Shown one piece after another: positions 21,939 to 35,054 of a stretch of DNA of 64,000 nucleotides (positions are counted from its first letter, which is position 1; every line of letters begins with the position of its first letter). Source of the stretch: Callorhinchus milii (taxonomy: Eukaryota). Made by a program: the position numbers and the translations under genes. The stretch is from positions 50,656,001-50,720,000 of the forward strand of contig NW_024704743.1 of the NCBI RefSeq assembly GCF_018977255.1. Direction: 5' to 3'. The notes under the pieces are model-generated. The model ran no database searches and had not been told where the DNA came from. It worked only from the letters and a program-made list of their open reading frames with translations.

Positions 21939-23655
21939 AACAACAACAAGATTACATTTGTATAGCGGCTTTCACGTCGGGAGGGCGTCCCAAGGCGCTG
22001 GACAGAGTACAGCATTTCAGACCCGAATTGGGATTGGGGGGGAAGAGAGGGGAAGGGGGGTGGCCAATGGCGTGGTCAAAGAGGAGGGTCTTGAGGTGAG
22101 ACTTAAAGGAGGCTAAGGAGGGGGCGAGGCGGAGTGACTGGGGGATGGAATTCCAGAGGTTGGGGGCAGAGTGGCTGAAGGCTCTCCCGCCAATGGTGGG
22201 GCGAGTGGGTTGGGCGACTTGGAGCAGGCCAGAGCTGGCTGAGTGGAGGGAACGGGTGGGGTGGTAAGGGGTTAGGAGGTCGCAGAGGTAGGGTGGGGCG
22301 AGGCCATGGAAGGCTTTGTATGTGAGGACCAAGATCTTGCACTGGATCCTCTGAAGGATAGGGAGCCACTGGAATCGGTCGAGAATGGGGGAGATGGGGT
22401 CATGGAGTTTGGTGCAGGAGAGGACACGGGCTGCAGAGTTCTGGATTATCTGCAGCCTGTGGAGGGAGGAGTTGGGAAGGCCGACAAGCAGGGCATTTGC
22501 ATAGTCGAGCCTGGAGGTGATGAAGGCATGAACAAGAGTTTCAGCGGTCGAGGGGTGAGGTAGTGGCGGAGTCGGGCGATGTTACGGAGGTGAGGGAAGG
22601 CAGAGCGAGTCATGGCTTGAATGTGGGGGAGAAAAGACAGTTAAGGGTCGAACAAGATACTTAGGTTCCTGACTGGCTTGGTGAGTGCAACCATGGAGGT
22701 TGATGCCGCCAGAGCCTGAGGTGCTGAGGCGCTGGCATGAGCCAATCAGTAGGACCTCAGTCTCACATTCAACTGTAGGAAATTTGCCCTCATCCAGGAC
22801 TTGATGTCCGACAGACAGTCTGTCAGGACAGCAGTGGTCCTGGAGTTGAGGGTGGAGGCAGAAAGATAGAGTTGGGTGTCATCCGCATACATGTGGAAGT
22901 TGACCCCATGTCTGCGGATGATGTCACCAATGGGGAGCCTATAGATATTAAAGAGGAGAGGGCCAAGGACAGAGCCCTGGGGGATACCAGGCGTGACAGT
23001 GCGGGGGCTGGTGGAGAAACCGTTGTAGGCAATGAAGTGGAGACGGTGAGTGAGATAGGAATCAAACCAGGCAAGGGCAGATCCATGAAGATTGAATAAA
23101 GCAGAGAGGCAGTGTATGAGGATGGAGTGGTCGACAGTGTCGAAGGTGGCAGAGAGGACGAGGAGGACAAGAAGGCAGAGGGAGCACTGATCACAGTTGT
23201 TCAGAATGTCATTAGTGGCTTTGACCAGGGCTGTTTCCATGCTGTGGGCGGCTCAGAAGCTGGATTGGAAGGATTCAAAGAGGGAATGGTGAGAGAGAAA
23301 GGAGTGGAGCTGGGACGTGACGACTCGTTCCAGGACCTTGGAGAGGAATGGGAGGCTAGAGATGGGGCGGTAGCTAGAGAGGAGGGATGGGTCCAGGGAA
23401 GGTTTTTTCAAGATGGGGGTGATGATGGCTGTTTTTAGGGGGGTGGGAACTGAACCGGTGGACAAGGAGAGGTTGATGACATCAGACAGGAGAGGGGCCA
23501 GAAGGTGGAGCTGGGAGATGAGGAGAGAGATGGGATGGGATCGAGGGAGCAGGTGGTGGGTTTGCGTTTGCGGACAGTCATGGTGAGGGAGGAGGAAGAG
23601 ATAGGGTCAAAGGAATATAGGGGGGTGGCTTTCGACGGGGCTGAGGTGGCTGAAC
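21939..23655 (-). mobile_element. 5'-truncated L2 LINE (RT domain pseudogene and intact 3' tail)
   Basis: ORFs with YRPISSLPFLSKVLERVV, ETALVK, GIPQGSVLGPLLFNIY, FHMYADDTQLYL; tail ...GACGTGAAAGCCGCTATACAAATGTAATC(TTG)n. Confidence 0.95.
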
Positions 23656-23667
23656 GTATTCCCTCGA

Positions 23668-24619
23668 TTTGAGACGTTCTCTGGACGTGAAAGGTATTAT
23701 GTAAATTGTGAAGTCTATTGCATCCATGGAGTACAGTGTCCTAATCTTACTTATAAGCAATACCTTGCATGTATCCATTCTATCTTCATTTGCAAGTTAA
23801 CAAATCACGTGCATATCCTATCAAGCTCTCTTTATTAGAACTTGGAGTACAATATATAAATATATATACATCTTACAAATTGCTTTGGGATATCCTCCCG
23901 ACGTGAAAGGCACTTTACCAAATGTAAGGATTATTATTAACTTTATTGCGCCCCCTATTTCTAGTTTGCCCAAATTGACTCTGGGAAGGCGTGTGATGTA
24001 GTATATCTAGATTTTCAAAAGGAGCTTGACAAAGTACCACATAGAATAATAATATAATAATAATAATAATAGTACCTTCAAGACTCCTTCAAATACATGT
24101 TGCTGGATGTTAAGGGTTAGACATGGACCTGGATTCAGAATTGGCTGAAGGGAAGGAAACAGAGTTAGTGGTCAGAACGGGAAGGAAATATGAAGTGAGA
24201 TTCCTCGGTGGTCTGTACAGGGGCTCCTCCTGTTCCTTGTATATATTAATGAGCTGCATTTGCAGACCCAGTATAAATTAGTTTCATTTGTAGATGTCAA
24301 CAAATTGGGAAAACTGGAAATAGGGGTGGCAATAAAGTTAATAATAATCCTTACATTTGCTACAGTACCTTTCATGTCGGGAGGATATCCCAAAGCAATT
24401 TGTAGGATGTATATATATTTATATATTGTACTCCAAGTTCTAATAAAGAGAGCTTGATAGGGTATGCACATGGGTTGTTAACTTGCAAATGAAGATAGAA
24501 TGGATAAATGCAAGGTACTGCTTATAGGATGTAAGAATAGGACACTGTACTCCATGGATGCAATAGAATTAACAATTTACATTTATATAATACCTTTCAT
24601 GTCCAGAGAATGTCTCAAA
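23668..24619. repeat. Inverted repeat: arms 23668-23976 and 24302-24619, spacer ~325 bp
   Basis: Arms are reverse complements along their length, e.g. CTATTGCATCCATGGAGTACAGTGTCCTA vs TAGGACACTGTACTCCATGGATGCAATAG. Confidence 0.95.
23977..24568 (+). mobile_element. Old CR1 RT relic, part 2
   Basis: DSGKACDVVYLDFQK-DKVPH, WIQNWLKGRKQ, LLFLVYINEL, F-D--KLG, DKCKVLLIG. Confidence 0.85.
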
Positions 24620-25150
24620 GTACTTCACAAGCTGGGGGTTGTGAAACAAGGAATGTGGGAAAGGGAAAGATGACTGAAAATGCAGTTGAAGAGGTAAAGC
24701 TTGAGCAGAGATTTGAATGTGGAGTTGGAGGGAATGAGTCCGAGGGATTCTGGGGTGGAGTTCCAGAGACTGAAAACTCACCTACTGATGGGGGGTGGAT
24801 AGAGTGGGGGACATGAAGTAGGCCAGCATTCACTGAGTGAAAGGAACAGCCGGGGCAGCAGGATTGCAGGGTAAGGGGAGAGATACCATGGAGATATTTT
24901 AATGATGAGAATGAGGATCTTGAATTCAATCCATTGGGGGATGGGGAGCTAGTGGAGCCAAGCAAAGATGGGGTGATTGCTTCGTGGAGCCTGGTACAGG
25001 AGAGGACATGGGCTGCTGATTTCTGGATAGTCTACAGATTGTGTTGGGAAGAGCTGGTGAGTCCCTTGAGCAGGGTGTTGGTGCAGTTAAGCCTACACAT
25101 TATGAAAGCGTGAGTGATGGTCTTGGCAGCCCGGGGGAGGAGGGAGGGGG
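24570..25150 (-). mobile_element. Decayed L2 3' fragment
   Basis: Reverse L2 tail; GAGGATCTTGAATTCAATCC corresponds to the RI-FKIL motif. Confidence 0.75.
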
Positions 25151-25344
25151 CATTGGAATTTTCCAAGGGGAAACTGAAAAAGATCTCACCATGCCAAAGT
25201 AGTATGAGATAATATTAAATAAGGCAAGCAAGATGTTGGCTAGTTGAGTTTAGATACCTCAAAGTCATAATCAAACTGTATATTTCATTTTGAGGTAAAT
25301 GGACATGTCTATAGCTCTATAAGAAGTTAGGAATTCCAGTGATA

Positions 25345-25720
25345 ATAAATAATCCTTGTATTTAATATAGCATCTATAATGTTGAGAATATCTCAAAGCA
25401 CTTCTCAAAGTTTGTGTGATGTTTAGTGACTATGTATTTTAAAGGCAGACACAGCAGCCAGCAAATTCCCTCATACAGCTATGAAGTAAATGACTGATTT
25501 TATCTGGGGGATTGTTGATCAAGACACAAGGAGAAACTCCTTTCTCTCTTTGGAATAATGCCAATGGATCTTTAACATCAACCTGAACAGGCAGACCAAA
25601 ACTTGATTAAATGTCTCATCCAAAAGAATACACCCCTAACAATACAGCACAACCTCCAGCACTGCATTGAAATGTCAGCCTAGACTATGAACTCAAAATC
25701 TGAAGTTGTGACTTGACCCC
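25345..25720 (-). mobile_element. Deu-SINE
   Basis: GGATCTTTAACATCAACCTGAACAGGCAGAC...TGTCAGCCTAGA. Confidence 0.75.
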
Positions 25721-26444
25721 TCAACCCAAGTATTCCAGGCTGACATTTTCTAAACTGAAAACTTTATTCTAATTCTGACTATCAAAATGATATTATGGCA
25801 GTGAATTTCGGTTTGTCCACAGCTGAGAAAAAATGCTGGCTCATCAATTCAGAATCTCATCTGCACCAGAAGGTAGCAAGAATCCTTATCTTACCAGGCT
25901 ATGGCTCAATGTTCTCCTACACAATTCAGTGAGCTGCAAAATGCGCTTCTGCATATGTAGGGAATAATGTTGCGTACAATCTGCAATCATTATTTAAGGC
26001 CGATTTCATATTTAGCGATTGTTTGATTGACCCAAGACTAAAGGGCTCAAATTACATGCGTCATATGCTAATGAAAATGAGAAACGTTACACCGTTGGGA
26101 TATTAACAGCCCTGTTACTGTAAGACCTTCTCTTTTGCTTCAAGCTTTCCCTGCCAGAATTCTAGCATTAACACCCATTTGTTACAACAGCTATAACTAT
26201 CACTGCCAATAAAAAAACATCAGTGGTGTAAAAATTGGACCAGTAAGCATTCTAAAAGTAAAACAGCATGTACCACAGAATGGTCTGTGAATAACAGAAA
26301 GTTAGACTGCGATGCAGAAATTTGACTCATATTCAGAATTAATAGTAGGGTTTCACAGACTAGTTGCTTGTGTGCCGCCCTTGCCTCAAATACATAGCCA
26401 CTATACTATACACTAGCGCTTTGACACATTGAGATTATATACAA

Positions 26445-26792
26445 TACAATTTTACATTTATAAAGGGCCTTTCATGTCTGGAGGATATCCCAAGGTGCTA
26501 GACAGTTCAGGGTTTGCACCTGAGTTGGGGTGGAGAGTGGGGGGGCGGCGGTTGTGGGAAGGTGGCTGAAAGTGTGGTCAAAGTGGAAGATCTTAAGCCT
26601 GACCTTGAAGGAGGCGAGGGGAGAGGAGAACCGAAGGGACTTTGATATTAAGTTCCAGAGAGTGGGGGCAGATGCGCTGACAGGCCAACTATCAATGGTG
26701 GGACGGGCAGCACAGGGGACATGAAGCAAGCCAGTGCCTGCTGAGCAGAGGGAGTAACCAGGTGGGTAGGGTTTGAGGAGGTCACAGATGTG
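26445..26792 (-). mobile_element. L2 3' fragment
   Basis: LHVP-AARPTI...APTLWN...LASFK-RLK; reverse L2 tail. Confidence 0.85.
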
Positions 26793-29204
26793 TCCTATAT
26801 TGAATACAAAGATGATTGTTATTAATTATCATTAATATTCAAGGCTAGTTTACACAATGACCTTTTGTGGTAGTGGAGTCTCCAGGCTTGGGTGGATAGA
26901 TATAGAGGGGTTAAATAAATCCAGAAGAGGTTTACCTTGACCTGAAAGTAAGTGTATATGTGTGCACATTAAATACAGAGCAGCAGTTACAGTAGATGTC
27001 CTAAAGGACATCATCTTTAATTAAATGATTGAGTGCAAAAATATAAAGTAATGAAAAAGGCATAACATTATAATTATGGCGCAGAGATAACAAAGGTATT
27101 CCAACTCATTTGATGAGTGTACAATCAACGAGCATTCTACTAAAGTTACACTCAACTATCTATGTACATGCACACATTACGACATGAAGTTTCCTTAAAT
27201 GGAAATCATTTCCTTGCCAGCAATTGTTTCACCTCCACACACAGTGACCAAAAGCAAGTTTGTTATTGCTACGCTGTGCCAATACTATTTCAGTAGATTG
27301 AATGTGATAATAATCCTTGCAATGACAGCAGTTTTACACTGTCAGACTAGTGTCATTGTTTATACAGAGTATGGCAGTGTCACTTTGAATTCCTGGATTT
27401 AATGTAAAAACACCACCAACCATGATTGACATAAATTCGGATTTGTTCGTAAAAATTTTGGATCAAAATTACCATATCCCTAAACACATTCTGTTCCTTA
27501 TTTAACGAAAAGGGTTAAAATGAATTAGAAAAAAAATCACTCCCTCATGCTGAATAGATAGCATCCAAAAGCAGCTGAAAAGGCCTGGGCAACACTACCT
27601 TGGAATTTCAGTTTAGTGAGATAATTTTCAAGCAGCTTAGTTGGCCTTTCTGAGCTTTTTTCAGTTTATTCTCATTAGAGTTGAGCCACTAACCTGTGAA
27701 TAAGGCAAGAGTGGATGCTTTTGTGCTTACAAATTATAATCTAGCTCTCAATTGCAGTAGTTAGAAAGGGAGGGGGGGAAACAAATTGGAATAGTAAAAA
27801 ATACCTACCGATATGAAAGGGGCTATATAAATGTAAATGTGTATTGCAAAATCACTGTGGATACCTCACCCTTAAGTACAGTTTCTGCTTGACAGAAGAA
27901 TGATCTTCATACTCTACAATGTGTGATTGTAGATTCACCTGTGTATAATAAATAGTCATCTGCATGTGCCATTTATATTATCATATAGTAAAAACAAACA
28001 ATTTTAATTTTATAGTTCATTTGTTCTACAATCTTAACTCATTAAAACAATGCTAAACAGTTCTTTATTTTGAAATACTTCATGGACTATTGCTATTTTT
28101 GTTCATCTTTTTTTCCAGCTTGGTTTGAGACAGTCTTTCTCTTTGATGTTGACTTAAAGAGATCATTTACAGTAATGAATACTGATCTCCACTAAGCTTC
28201 TTCCAACCTCTCCTGCAATAGGCCTCAGCTGATACCAGTTCTCTTTTGACCTGCTCAACACCTGATTCTGAGCTATATTTGATCCTCTCACTCTAATTCT
28301 GGCTCCATGCCATCAAAAACACAATCATATTTTTAATCTTTCTCATCATATTGCTCTCCAGAAAGTCTTGGGAAAGGGCATGACTTCCATCTGAGAGTCT
28401 TGCTGATAAAACACGACTGATATCTTGAGAAGTCCAACAACATTCATTATTTATACTCAGGTTATTTTTTTGTCAAGGGTACAAAGCTAAGGACTTAAAA
28501 TGTAATGCATTAACAAAGAGGTGAGAACAGTTCAGAGGAGATTTTATTTTAAAAACAATTGGTGCTCTGTTGTGTTAATCATGCAACACAAGAATAAAAC
28601 TTAAAATGATTATCTTTCAAGATAATAATCCTCCTTCCCCATTTAATATTGTGTTGTATGGCATGAACACATCAATTATTAGAGCTATTAAGATGTTCAT
28701 TGAGCTTTAATGATTAGTAAAACAAACTGCAGAGTTTGAAGAAAGAATCTTGCTCCATCCTGGCAAAAGATGTGAACAAGAAGTAGCTGTTTGTCGGACA
28801 TCTCTGCACACATATTGGCTGTCTCGTTCACCTGCAAAACACAATCACTACATTTTACAGTAAATCCTATGAAGCACTTTGAGATGGCCTTCTATCTTAA
28901 AGGTGCTACTTGAAATGCAAGGATTATTATTTCAGGATTATTAGGATTATTATCTCATGCAAGAGGAACACTAATGCCAACACTTGGCTCGAAAGTTAAC
29001 CCAAAAGAGGTAGCTATTGAGGGTAAAAATAGGTAAGATTTACTAAGATGATTTTCATTATCTTTTTAAACACTCTAGCAAATTGGATCCTGCAGAACAG
29101 CCTCAGGCAGCTGTGGATAAAATATTAGACTACAATGAAGATCAGGACAAAGCAAATTAGATCGCGCAGACAGTCTGGAGAGTTGGTGCAGTTATTTCTA
29201 TTGG

Positions 29205-29600
29205 TCTGACAGGTGTCTGGCACACACAAAAACCCACCACCAAACTTAAGACTATCAAAACCAAACAAAACTTATGTATGGAAACATCTGTTTGTTTGAT
29301 ATGGACTGCACATTCTCTCCACGGAGGGACACACTGTTCAGAGAATTCAGATACGGATTGGCAAAAGCAAAGACTTGGGGACCCCAGAGTGGGCTTTAGG
29401 CATTTCTGGTGTTTAAAACTGCACAGCTAAACCAGCTAAAACTGCACAGCTTGCCATACGAATACAAACACTGGTAATCTTAGCATTCTACCTGTTAGGG
29501 CTTTGGCTTGCAGGGTTAACAAATGGTAAGAATTCCAGCACCCAATGGCTGGTCTACTCCTCGAAATTCTGCAAATGAGACAGGTCGATCAACAAGCTCA
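29205..29600 (-). repeat. Repeat family X copy
   Basis: GGTGTCTGGCACAC, CTTAAGACTATCAAAACC, AAGACTTGGGGACCCCAGAGTG, GGGCTTTGGCTTGCAGGGTTAAC. Confidence 0.75.
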
Positions 29601-29974
29601 AACTGCCCAGAGCTTTGTTTCACAGTCTTATCCTTAGAAGGTGACAATATGTATGAGCTCACATAGTCTGAGCTGACACTTCAGTGCAGTGCTGGGGATG
29701 TGCTGCATTGTTGGAAAAAGCAGCTATTAAAAGACAGCTTGTGACCTATTTGACTTTTAGGTTTTTGTGAAGAAATAATGGACAAAGCAAATGTTATGAT
29801 GTCACTCCCCACATCAATTTGGTGTTAAATGTTTCAAACTTTCCTTTATTTCTCTACTTTCAAAAAATTCTTAAAAATCATCTCTTCGACTATTGCTTTG
29901 GTCAACATCTTTTTTGAAAGCTGAGAGATGCAACAAAGCAAATGAGCTTTGGAGGAGAGTTCCAGTGGACAGGT

Positions 29975-30330
29975 CAAAATGTCTCAAATGCTTTACAGGT
30001 AATTGCTGTCACATATAGTGAGTGCATATTTGTAGACAACCACGATGGCCTATCCGCAAACAGCAATGTTCTCCAATGAAGCGAATGGTCAATTTACTTG
30101 AAGGATAGTTGGCCAGGATACTGGGAAAACAACTTCCTTTTCAGATAGTGTCATGGGACTTTTAACAACCATTTAAAGACAGATGGGAACTTGGTTTAAT
30201 GTCTCATCCAAAGGTTTGTATTTCTGACAGTCCAGTGCTTCCACAGTACTGCTCTCAAGTCCCAATGTATGGCTTGAATCCAAAATCTTCTGACATGTAG
30301 GTAAGAGACTACCTAATGAACCAAGGTGAC
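29975..30330 (-). mobile_element. Decayed Deu-SINE
   Basis: GTTGGCCAGGATACTGGGA...CATGGGACTTTTAAC...GGTTTAATGTCTCATCC. Confidence 0.7.
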
Positions 30331-30453
30331 ACAAAATTTTGTGTGATCTCCCAACTGTGCCCTGAATAATAAATTACACAAAGTTAAAAGAATGTAGCTA
30401 AACTTAATCAAGTTTCCTCGAGACACATCTCAGAACTTCATTAGTTCTGTTGA

Positions 30454-30838
30454 TAATGGCTTTGCTATGATTGTATACTTTTAGCAAATGGAGGGTAAGC
30501 TTATCTTGGTTGCATGTGTTTCGTACCTCCCTTACTAACGGAGGCTCGAAAATGAGTTAAACAGGGTTCGTCCATCCAGGGAGAGAGTGCACATTCCATT
30601 CCAGACACAGAAACATTTCCATGTGTAGGTAGCATGCATAGAACTCTGTGTGGTTTGGATACTCTTAATCATCTATCATAAGGGAGAATGTATGTGTCAG
30701 GCACCTGACTGAACTCACCCCCCAAAAAAAGTACTAGCACACTAGTAATGCCTTTGCTATGATTGTATACTTTTAGCAAATGGAGGGTAAACTTATCTTG
30801 GTTGCATATGTTTCGTACCTCCCTTACTAATGGAGACT
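30454..30838 (+). repeat. ~93 bp direct repeat (30454-30546 and 30746-30838) bracketing a family X 3' fragment
   Basis: TTTGCTATGATTGTATACTTTTAGCAAATGGAGGGTAA...TCGTACCTCCCTTACTAA occurs twice with only a few mismatches. Confidence 0.95.
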
Positions 30839-31679
30839 AGCGTACTAGTAATTTATCCATATGAAATCTCATTTGCCATTTTGTAATCCATCCACATTGA
30901 ATAATCTCAATTCACACTTCGCTGGTGACCTGGACACACATCTTGATCTCACCAACAAATCTGATAATGTTTGATATGAAACACAGAAGGGAACTCAGAA
31001 AGGACCCTGCAACAATCTGACAGTCACACACTGTCTCATTTTTCATCACTTACTGCTTTCTATTTCTAACAGTTTAGGTTTAAGATGTAATTTTAGGATG
31101 TTGAATCTGATGCTCAAATTGCTTAAATATTCTCCCTGAGGATAGGGAAGTTAATGGTTTTCCAGGAGAGATTGCTTATGGGGCTAACGGTGATGGTGAG
31201 AAAACAAAGGAGGAGAAAAATCTTCAGAGCCAAGAGTGGGTAATAGGGGAAGCCAACAAGTCCTATTGTTCTTGGCACCAGGCCATTGCAAGCTAATTTC
31301 CTATCATACTCCTGGGAATGATCTCCTTTCCTATTTCCATGGTGATGGACCTTTCAAACTGTTACATTTAACAAGCCGACTACTTGAGAACAGTTCAAAA
31401 AGGAGTTCTGTAAGTAGCTTCGGTCTGCTGGTGCCTGGAATCTGCCCATTTACTTTGCAGAGAAAGCCTGGACAGGCCAGAAATGCCCAAACCACATTGC
31501 TGGCTTGTTGGGATTAACCTAGGTCAGAAAGACACAGCACCCAGTCCACCCAGTGGTCACCTTTTACCTTTCTTTGTTGGGTACAGTCAAAGCAAAGCTG
31601 TTATCAACAGGACTAATTAAGTGCTAAGATGTGCTTTTCTGACCTATTACTCAATTAATTAAAATAATCCGCCCAGATA

Positions 31680-31880
31680 CTCACCCGCACATAACTCCGT
31701 AACCCATCACACCAGTCCTAGCCAGGCTCCACGGGCTCCCAATTTCCGAACGGATCGATTTCCAGATCCTCTTACTCATTTTCAAATCCCTTCATGCCCT
31801 TACACCTCCCTTGTTCCAATCTGCTTATTCCTTATTCCACCACCTGCTGCTTCTGCTCAGCTGGCTCCGGCCTCTTGTTT
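31680..31880 (+). mobile_element. L2 fragment
   Basis: ITPVLARLHGLPISERIDFQILLLIFKSLH motif. Confidence 0.75.
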
Positions 31881-32149
31881 TTCTTACAGTCTTCAGAGTC
31901 AGGTGAGACTTATCCTAAGAGGTGGTGATACCTGCTCCAGTGCCAACAGTGTCACCTCACTTATACTGCTGCTGAGGGCAAAGATTGCCCTGTAAGCTAA
32001 AGTGATCACTCACAAAATACACAATAAAATCCTATAAAGGGCTTTGAGATGTCTTACTTGAAAGACTCTCCACCACTATCCACTGAGCTACAGGACTCCA
32101 CAAATCTAGTCTTGTCAGGTGAGAACATCTTATTTTCTGGTACCTGCCA

Positions 32150-32590
32150 TCCCCAACCACTACCCGGGTGCAGGGACTCTTCCCACTCAGCTCCCGATAA
32201 GCCTGAAAGGCAAAGCCTTAACGGGCAGGGCGGTCCTCGCTAGAAAAGCAGCAGAAAAGTACCAATCACTGTCTATATTTACCAATCAGAATAGTGATTC
32301 AACTGTCACTCTGCAAAAGGGAGAGCAGAACCTGGGTTAAATACATTCTATTCAACTCCATCCACCAGGCTCTCAATGGCAAGCTCTGCGGTTTAGTTGT
32401 TAAACTCCAGCAGGACCCCTGGGTGCACCAAGTCTTGGCTCTTGCCAAACTGTGCCTATTACTCTCCAGTGCTGGGTAAACGGGATGTGTGCCTCTCTGA
32501 AATTTTCATGTATAGGTGGGAAGCATGGAGTGCTTAGGTTGATTTGGATACCCTTAAGCATGTCTCAGACACCCCGCTGACGAAAACAAA
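32150..32590 (+). repeat. Repeat family X copy (interrupted)
   Basis: CCCACTCAGCTCC, CTCAATGGCAAGCT, CCAAGTCTTGGCTCTTGCCAA, TTGGATACCCTTAAGCATG..CAGACACC. Confidence 0.75.
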
Positions 32591-34094
32591 GGAGTTGATT
32601 CGGTTACATACTGCCAAGTCCATTTTCAACTTGCTATCTAGTTTGAAATTAATTCCATACACCTTTATCAGTTTCAAAAGTCTCAAATCCAAAGTTCTTT
32701 TGAGTGCTTTCTAAAAATCTTTGTAACTTAAATCTACAGGAGAGATTTTGTTCACTGATTCAGTTTAATTTTCTTCAAAGAATATCAGCAGATTTATGAG
32801 GCATGACCTATTGCTTCTGAATCCATGCTGATTGAAGCGCATGGCCTCTATACAGAAACATTGATAGGCTCCTATAAAACTCTATAATGCTTCTTCACCA
32901 CTGATATTATTAATAGAAACAAATAGAAAATTTCAGTAGGGGGCCATTTGGACCATTTGTGTTTGTGCCTGCAACCTGTTTTTCTAAATCACTTCCTCTT
33001 TATGTTACACAATCTTTAACATTGATGTGAGCAGGTGGATGAAACCTTGGTTTAACATTCTGTACAAAGGACAATCATTGTTAACTCTCATTACTACACT
33101 GGATTGTCAACCTGGATTATAAACTCAACATGGGACTTTCTCACAACTTTCTGCCTGGTCCAGAACATAATTGGTAGATTACTTAAATCTCCCGAGTGTT
33201 AGAATCAATTTTGTACATAAACATAGTTCTGCATAACTGATGGTAATATTTGGTTGAATCTTACAAACAACAGTAGAATTTGGAGTAAGGGCAAGATTAA
33301 AATTGAGATTTTAAGTTAATACATTTCTATGAGATTTATATGTAGTAATCTATCAAAATGACATAAAAATCTGGATTTTATATGAAAAGCCATAATAAAA
33401 GTTGTAATAAATCTGGCATTTTGTAATGATGAGGAGATGTTTGGCAGACTGCACAACATTTGGATGCTGGTCACAGTGTTATTTGAGTTGATATATTTAG
33501 GATAACACAAACCCTACAGTGTACAGTGGGGCAATAAAACATTGGATTGAATTGAGATGATATAAATTGCTTAAGCTTTTCTATCACATTTAATTAACAA
33601 CAGAAAAAGCTGAAAATCCAGAGCAGGTCAACTGTATATGTAAGATGTAATTCTAATTTGGGGGTCATCATAGCCAATCCAGATCCTGTCCTCATCTGAA
33701 ATCCACACATTCCGCAGAGATCTCTGGATAACAATCACGAACATGAAACCAAAGGCTGCTGAAGCCAAATGTAGCACTCAAGTTTGTATCCCAGCTGAGA
33801 TCAGCTACCTCAGTCTGAGCTTCTGACATGCAACCTTCTGGTGTGTATAACCCTAGCCTTTAACAATGAGGCCTTGATGTGAGCCACAGCTGTTTGTCTT
33901 TTTACCTTTCATCCTAACGTCACCTTGACTCTGAATTATGTAATAGCCTGGAAGCACACTCCAGAGTGTACTATTCTGCGTACTATATTGGGACCAAACT
34001 TGCTGTGCTCCTAACCTATTCCAGTGAATAATGCATTTAACACCACAATTTTGAGCCCTTTTTTTTAAGTTTGTTTTTTTGCTAGAAGAACCAT

Positions 34095-34520
34095 AAAACC
34101 ATAGAAATTTAAAACAATGGACCATTCAGACCATTGTGTCTGTGCTACCTCTTTTAAAGAGCAATCCTTTCAGTCCCATTTCCCTGCCCTTTCTCCATAC
34201 CCCTGCAGTTTGCTCATTTTTTTTAGATATTTATCTAGTTCACTTTTGAAAGCTATTTTGGTTTCTGTTTCAACCAGCACAGGGTATTCCATATCCTAAC
34301 TACCCTGTGTGTGAAAACATTGCTCCTGATCTCCCCATTTGCTGATTTGTAGATCGTAATTGATGTCCTATAATCATTGATTCACCAACCAGTGGAAATA
34401 ATTTCTCCCTATTGATTCTAACTTAGTTTCAAAGACCTTTTTCAGGTCACCCCTTAACCGTCTTTGTTGCAACCTAAAAAGTGCCAGTTCTTCCATTCTT
34501 TGCTCATAGATCAAACAATT
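34095..34520 (-). mobile_element. CR1 3' fragment
   Basis: YEQRMEELALFRLQQRRLRGDL motif plus CR1 tail. Confidence 0.8.
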
Positions 34521-35054
34521 AATTCCGAATAACACGGGGGATAAATCGTTTGATCTAAGAATTGACGAATCAAGTGCTCTGGGCCTTTTGAAAGATAAAA
34601 TGAAACAATAATGAGAAAGCAAATAAGTTTACCTCTATTTAGGTACTTGTTCTCAGTGGTTCATCTGGTAAAAATACAAGTAATGCGGAATTGAATCACA
34701 AAGAACAGGAAGGCATAGGTTCAAACTCTGTCTGTGCTGAGTTAGTTATTTCAGAGTGTACATTTAATTCCACACACTGGGAAATATGTGGAACTTTCAA
34801 TTTGGTTAGGATACTCTTAAGCATTATGATGAGGTTCCATACGTGTCAGACTGATCAAAAACAAGCAGTTTTCTCAGGTCAATCCACGACTGTTTGTGAG
34901 GAGAGTTGAAGAGGAAAAAAGTTTCATGAGGTTTCACAGGATTAAACCCATCAATTCCCAATCGCCTCTGTTACCATTTTGTGATCAGTAGCTTGTTGAG
35001 ACTTTTAACAATGATTATTATTCATCTTTACTGAAAGATATTTGAGGGCAAATG

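Noticed and set aside
22746..23465. Reverse-transcriptase ORFs with YADD as a functional or novel RT system
   Set aside because: Frameshifted, 5'-truncated L2 copy with no endonuclease or ORF1; an ordinary dead LINE
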